Below, one piece after another: positions 47,201 to 49,717 of a DNA stretch of 49,717 nucleotides. Both the position numbers and the translations under genes were made by a program. The DNA lies in the NCBI GenBank assembly GCA_031411295.1, contig JANOAV010000139.1, forward strand, positions 1-49,717. The letters are read 5' to 3'. Within the stretch, counting starts at the first letter, position 1. Each line of letters begins with the position of its first letter. The stretch is from Verrucomicrobiales bacterium. Lineage in GTDB: Bacteria; Verrucomicrobiota; Verrucomicrobiia; Verrucomicrobiales; V1-33. The notes below the pieces were generated by a model that saw only the letters and a list, made by a program, of their open reading frames with translations, ran no database searches and was not told the DNA's origin.

Positions 47201-49054
47201 GTCTTTGGCGGCCGCACCGGCGGCGTAAACGAGGAGGTGCGGCTCGACAATATTACGATCTTCACCGGCGGCGTGCTCAACCCGGTCGCGGCTGCTGCAC
47301 CGTATTATTTCAGCGGCCAAAACACGGCTGTCGGCGCGGGCGCGGACAAGGCCTTCGACGGAAATGCGGCTACCAAATGGCTGACGCCGGACTACACCGG
47401 TTTCATTGGCGCGGGTTTCCCCGCTGCCAAAACGATCCGCGCCTACACGCTCACCAGCGGCAATGATGAGCCGACGCGCGATCCTGTGGCGTGGGATTTC
47501 CAGACGGGCGATGACGGCGCGCTGTGGTCGCAGCACGGAGCCCAGGCCGCACAGTATTTCGTGAACCGGTCCGAGCCGCGCGCTTTCGTCGTGGCTAATC
47601 CCGCGGCCAACACCAAATTCCGCATGCACATTTCGGAAAATCGCAGCGCGGCGGAGATGCAACTCTCCGAATTTCAAGCATGGGAACTCACTCAGGCGCC
47701 GCTGCTCCTCATCGTGACCAATGCGAACGACTCCGGTGCCGGCTCGCTGCGGCAGGCGATTATCAGCGCCCCTCCGGGGGGACTTATTCAGTTCGCCCCT
47801 GGCCTCTCCGGGACGACCATTACCCTCACCAGCGGCGAACAGTTGGTGGACAAGCGCCTCGCCATTGACGCCTCGGCGCTGCCCGGCGGCATTACCATCA
47901 GCGGCGGTGGCACCAGCCGAACCTTCCGCATTGTCAGCGCAGGGGATCTGTCCGTGCGCGGCCTAACGCTCACCGGCGGGAGTTCGGGCGGCGGGGGCGC
48001 GATCTACAACCTCGGCATGCTGATGATTGAGAACTGCACGCTCTCCGGCAATGCTTCCACGGACCAGGGTGGCGCGGTGCGCAACAGCGGGACGCTCACC
48101 GCCATAGGCTGCACTTTCTCGAACAATACCGCAGCGACCAATGGCGGTGCGGTGAGCAATGACGGTGCTTCCGCCAACGCCACCATCACCCGCTGCACCT
48201 TCTTCGGCAATGCCAACACCGGGCCCACTCAGGGCGGTGGCGCGCTCAACCACGCTGTAGGTGCGGCCAGCATGACGCTCACCCACTGCACCATCGCGGG
48301 GAATTCCGCGGCTGGCAGCGACGGCGGCGGTGGGATTCGCGTTCGGGGACCGCTGCTAGTGCTGAGCCACTGCATTGTCGCCGGAAACACCGTTTCCGCC
48401 GGCACCGGGGCGGACCTGAACACCACGGTGGGTGTCGCCCTGGCGGGTGCCAACATCATTCGCCTCAAGACTGGCGCGGGCACCTTCACCGGCAGCGGCA
48501 CCAACAGCACTGCCGACCCGCTCCTCGCCCTATTGGGCAACTACGGCGGCCCCACGCAGACGATGGCCCTGCGCCCGGGCAGCCCCGCACGCAATGCCGC
48601 CACCGGCAGCACCAGCACCAGCGATCAGCGGGGCTTCCCCGTCACCAGCACGCCGGACATCGGAGCCTATGAGTCCGGCACGAATCTCAACTGCGCCGGT
48701 TATTTGGCGGAAACACTGCCCATTTCCGCCACCGCCGCGCAAATCGCCCCCGGTTTCGACTTCGATGGCGATGGTGTCACCAACGAAAGCGAATGGGCCG
48801 CCCTGACCGATCCCGCCAGCGCCGCCAGCTTCTTCCGCATCACCAGCGCCCTGCGCAATGGGGCCAACGTCGTCATTTCCTTTCCCTCCGTGAGCGGAAA
48901 ATCCTACACCCTCTGGCGCACCGACAGCCTCAGCAGCAGCTGGATCGACGCCGGCCAAACGGCCATCTCCGGAAACGGCACCGTCAAATCCTTCACCATC
49001 CCCGTCCCGACAGTCGGCGTGACCAAGCGCTTTTTCCGGGTAAAAGCAGAGTGA
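44210..49054 (+). CDS. Giant secreted multidomain protein: Asp-box beta-propeller (GH74/VPS10-like), ConA-like, F5/8-type, right-handed beta-helix with choice-of-anchor Q-like end, and the shared C-terminal domain
   Basis: Signal peptide; LYIGTANGGVWKT; repeated (S/T)xDxGxTW Asp-boxes; GTQDNG; STLGRG; ADGFSF; KAFDGNAATKW..NDEPTRDP; VTNANDSGAGSLRQAI; NYGGPTQT.AL..GSPA...DQRG...DIGAYE. Confidence 0.88.
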   Translation: MTASHHHAFASLLLLTLLPAWNVSRAQNEPDLPPPGMPPPIPTLRPPLAEEVGPVPGNRYARGFATLPGLSLDTSFDSAGWIPQGPGLTRDSGANIAPDNPTSGCVTCVAPHPTNQDILYIGTANGGVWKTTNARDPYVRWTPLTDDQRSLSIGGIALDPADNTGNTLVAGIGRRSSFNELGGALTGLLRTTDGGATWTRLGETTLAECSTYQLTVRGATLLVAVTSATPIANRGLYRSTDTGGTFVNLSSAGGSGLPSGSCSHLAADPSNPNRYFAHIQGQGVYRSSDSGATWTSVNTPNGGTYLVALSVGPNGTVFAAEFSNPEHVYRSTNQGGTWVELDTVTAKTNPLHGSFVADPTDSNIVYLAGVSTRPSYPYNGRVVRGNASLGSGAQWTSIAKNQREIVQGQPTAGTAPHTDSRDMVFTAGHRLIECDDGGIYELPIAHVGSEGDGAGGGSLWRSLNGDLRLTEMYSVAYDRVARIFIGGTQDNGFQEQLTPGVPAAGSYGWTNPTGGDGGGAVVDVLGTAGQSVRYGSSQYLNGLFRATYNAGNVQISYANPLLTFTGGGVAMVRSEGGNIPFQTPIALNAVAAGRLIISGNANLYESTDQGDTVQHIGTVGANRLAKIACGGKLGGIANSEVLFFGSGSTVRYRTAAGSVSGNIAFPGGTVQGIVFDPENWKNTYILGTTVVYSANDIPANGAGAFTNITGNLTGVGTFHTLEYLTLPTGNAIMAGTDTGAYIMRVASPGVWKTLGDNLPHVPVFDSHFDAAGQVLAVSTLGRGAWLYDCKPVKAIGQYGETFQAYPNGATTLAPSAGELFSNQLGSGVQVADDKLRELQLTANGVFGTRTAFRLPDLNPGAAVPAFSAKWNATIYGNTSAGIADGFSFNFGPLGAITETAFTDGTYFNEDGFRAGLTVSVRTWDPNTPGYYVRVNGAVVPGGFVAKSSSAWGNLNTTRHFFEVDWRFDTGLTLRVDGVAIFTNLATPGYFPAASHRFVFGGRTGGVNEEVRLDNITIFTGGVLNPVAAAAPYYFSGQNTAVGAGADKAFDGNAATKWLTPDYTGFIGAGFPAAKTIRAYTLTSGNDEPTRDPVAWDFQTGDDGALWSQHGAQAAQYFVNRSEPRAFVVANPAANTKFRMHISENRSAAEMQLSEFQAWELTQAPLLLIVTNANDSGAGSLRQAIISAPPGGLIQFAPGLSGTTITLTSGEQLVDKRLAIDASALPGGITISGGGTSRTFRIVSAGDLSVRGLTLTGGSSGGGGAIYNLGMLMIENCTLSGNASTDQGGAVRNSGTLTAIGCTFSNNTAATNGGAVSNDGASANATITRCTFFGNANTGPTQGGGALNHAVGAASMTLTHCTIAGNSAAGSDGGGGIRVRGPLLVLSHCIVAGNTVSAGTGADLNTTVGVALAGANIIRLKTGAGTFTGSGTNSTADPLLALLGNYGGPTQTMALRPGSPARNAATGSTSTSDQRGFPVTSTPDIGAYESGTNLNCAGYLAETLPISATAAQIAPGFDFDGDGVTNESEWAALTDPASAASFFRITSALRNGANVVISFPSVSGKSYTLWRTDSLSSSWIDAGQTAISGNGTVKSFTIPVPTVGVTKRFFRVKAE

Positions 49055-49311
49055 TCCGGCAGGAGTCGCCGCCCGCGACATCCCACCACCCTCAACTGCA
49101 CCGGCCACAGCGCCGTATTCGGATAAGTTGGTGCCGGGGTGAGCAGGTTGCCGGCGCTGTCGTAGGTGGCTACGATGGTCCAGCGTGGTTTCATTTTCAC
49201 CGTGAGGGTGGCGAGAGATCTGCCACCTGCCGCTGCTTACGGCTCCCGAGAGTAAGCGGAAAGAGCCGCCTTAGCGAGCAAAATAAAGGAAGCTGAAAGG
49301 CGTGATTTCCC

Positions 49312-49388
49312 GCAGATTCAAGGAGGCCCGCAGATTGCGTTTTGGGGTGCTGCAAAAAATAATAATCTGCTGTCCTCCCTGAATCTGC
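49312..49388. repeat. Imperfect inverted repeat built from GCAGATT / AATCTGC units
   Basis: GCAGATTCAAGGAGGCCCGCAGATT ... AATCTGCTGTCCTCCCTGAATCTGC. Confidence 0.6.
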
Positions 49389-49511
49389 TGGATAATTCCA
49401 CTATGCTACGTTGGCCGAAAAAATCGAAAAAAGGCGGAAAAAATTCTCACCAACCAGTCTAGTGGCGGAAATCAGGCAAAGTGATGGGTTCACGCCAAAC
49501 TGGAACAAGCG

Positions 49512-49590
49512 TTGGAGTCCCGCTTTTAAGCGGAGGATCAGGCCCAGTGTCTCAGCCGGGGCCACGGATCGGGTTGCTCCGCTTAAAAGC
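49512..49590. repeat. REP-like palindrome with a truncated right arm
   Basis: Left arm TTGGAGTCCCGCTTTTAAGCGGAG; right arm CTCCGCTTAAAAGC stops abruptly at 49590, where GGGACTCCAA would be expected. Confidence 0.65.
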
Positions 49591-49717
49591 CAATGCCTTT
49601 AAGGATTGGTGATGGTGATGGTTTTGACGAGCGGTTGGGAGCTGGGGATTTTGGTTTTGGGCCAGGCTTTGACGGGTTGGCGCAGGGTGCGGGGACAGCT
49701 CCTCGGCGGGCGTTCCT
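49591..49717 (-). mobile_element. Right end of a probable IS4-family insertion sequence (transposase C-terminus at 49599-49717, partial)
   Basis: The minus strand reads ...ERPPRSCPRTLRQPVKAWPKTKIPSSQPLVKTITITNP*, resembling IS4-type transposase tails. The stop codon lies inside a terminal ...CCTTAAAGGCATTG, resembling IS4-family ends. Confidence 0.6.

Noticed and set aside
49100..49200. Minus-strand 'ATYDSAGNLLT', resembling a single YD repeat
   Set aside because: Only one short match with no other RHS features; could be chance.
1..49717. CRISPR array, tRNA or rRNA genes
   Set aside because: No regularly spaced direct repeats with unique spacers, no cas-like ORFs, and no cloverleaf or rRNA-like stretch seen. 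Intergenic gaps are short and largely explained by palindromes or promoters.

Overview
A gene-dense, moderately GC-rich bacterial window. It most resembles a member of the PVC superphylum, probably Verrucomicrobiota; this is inferred from the PEP-CTERM-type tail, the DUF1549/DUF1553-DUF1501-WD40 cluster, the GYF_2 protein, the lamin-tail/CotH giant protein and the 'DPxAAxxW' helical-repeat protein. It holds about 26 protein genes, mostly exported or envelope proteins: SGNH esterases, a GH99-like hydrolase, a di-heme peroxidase, a mono-heme protein paired with a nucleoside-phosphorylase-fold gene, an HtrA-like protease with a pseudo-protease partner, a Ser/Thr kinase-PAS fusion, a large Cys-rich UDG-superfamily protein and a 17-kb block of giant surface proteins. 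Accessory elements are a collapsed RHS remnant with a likely immunity gene, a RelE/ParE addiction module inside the DUF1553-DUF1501 operon, several REP/MITE-like palindromes, and the end of a probable IS4-family element inserted in one of them. I saw no rRNA, tRNA or CRISPR array. The strongest candidate for an undescribed system is a shared C-terminal domain on five otherwise unrelated proteins, which may be a sorting or attachment signal; one carrier is translationally coupled to a P-domain PEP-CTERM protein. The UDG-like protein, the protease/pseudo-protease pair and the cytochrome c + nucleosidase-fold operon are the next best candidates. All family calls come from motif recognition by eye; no database searches were run.
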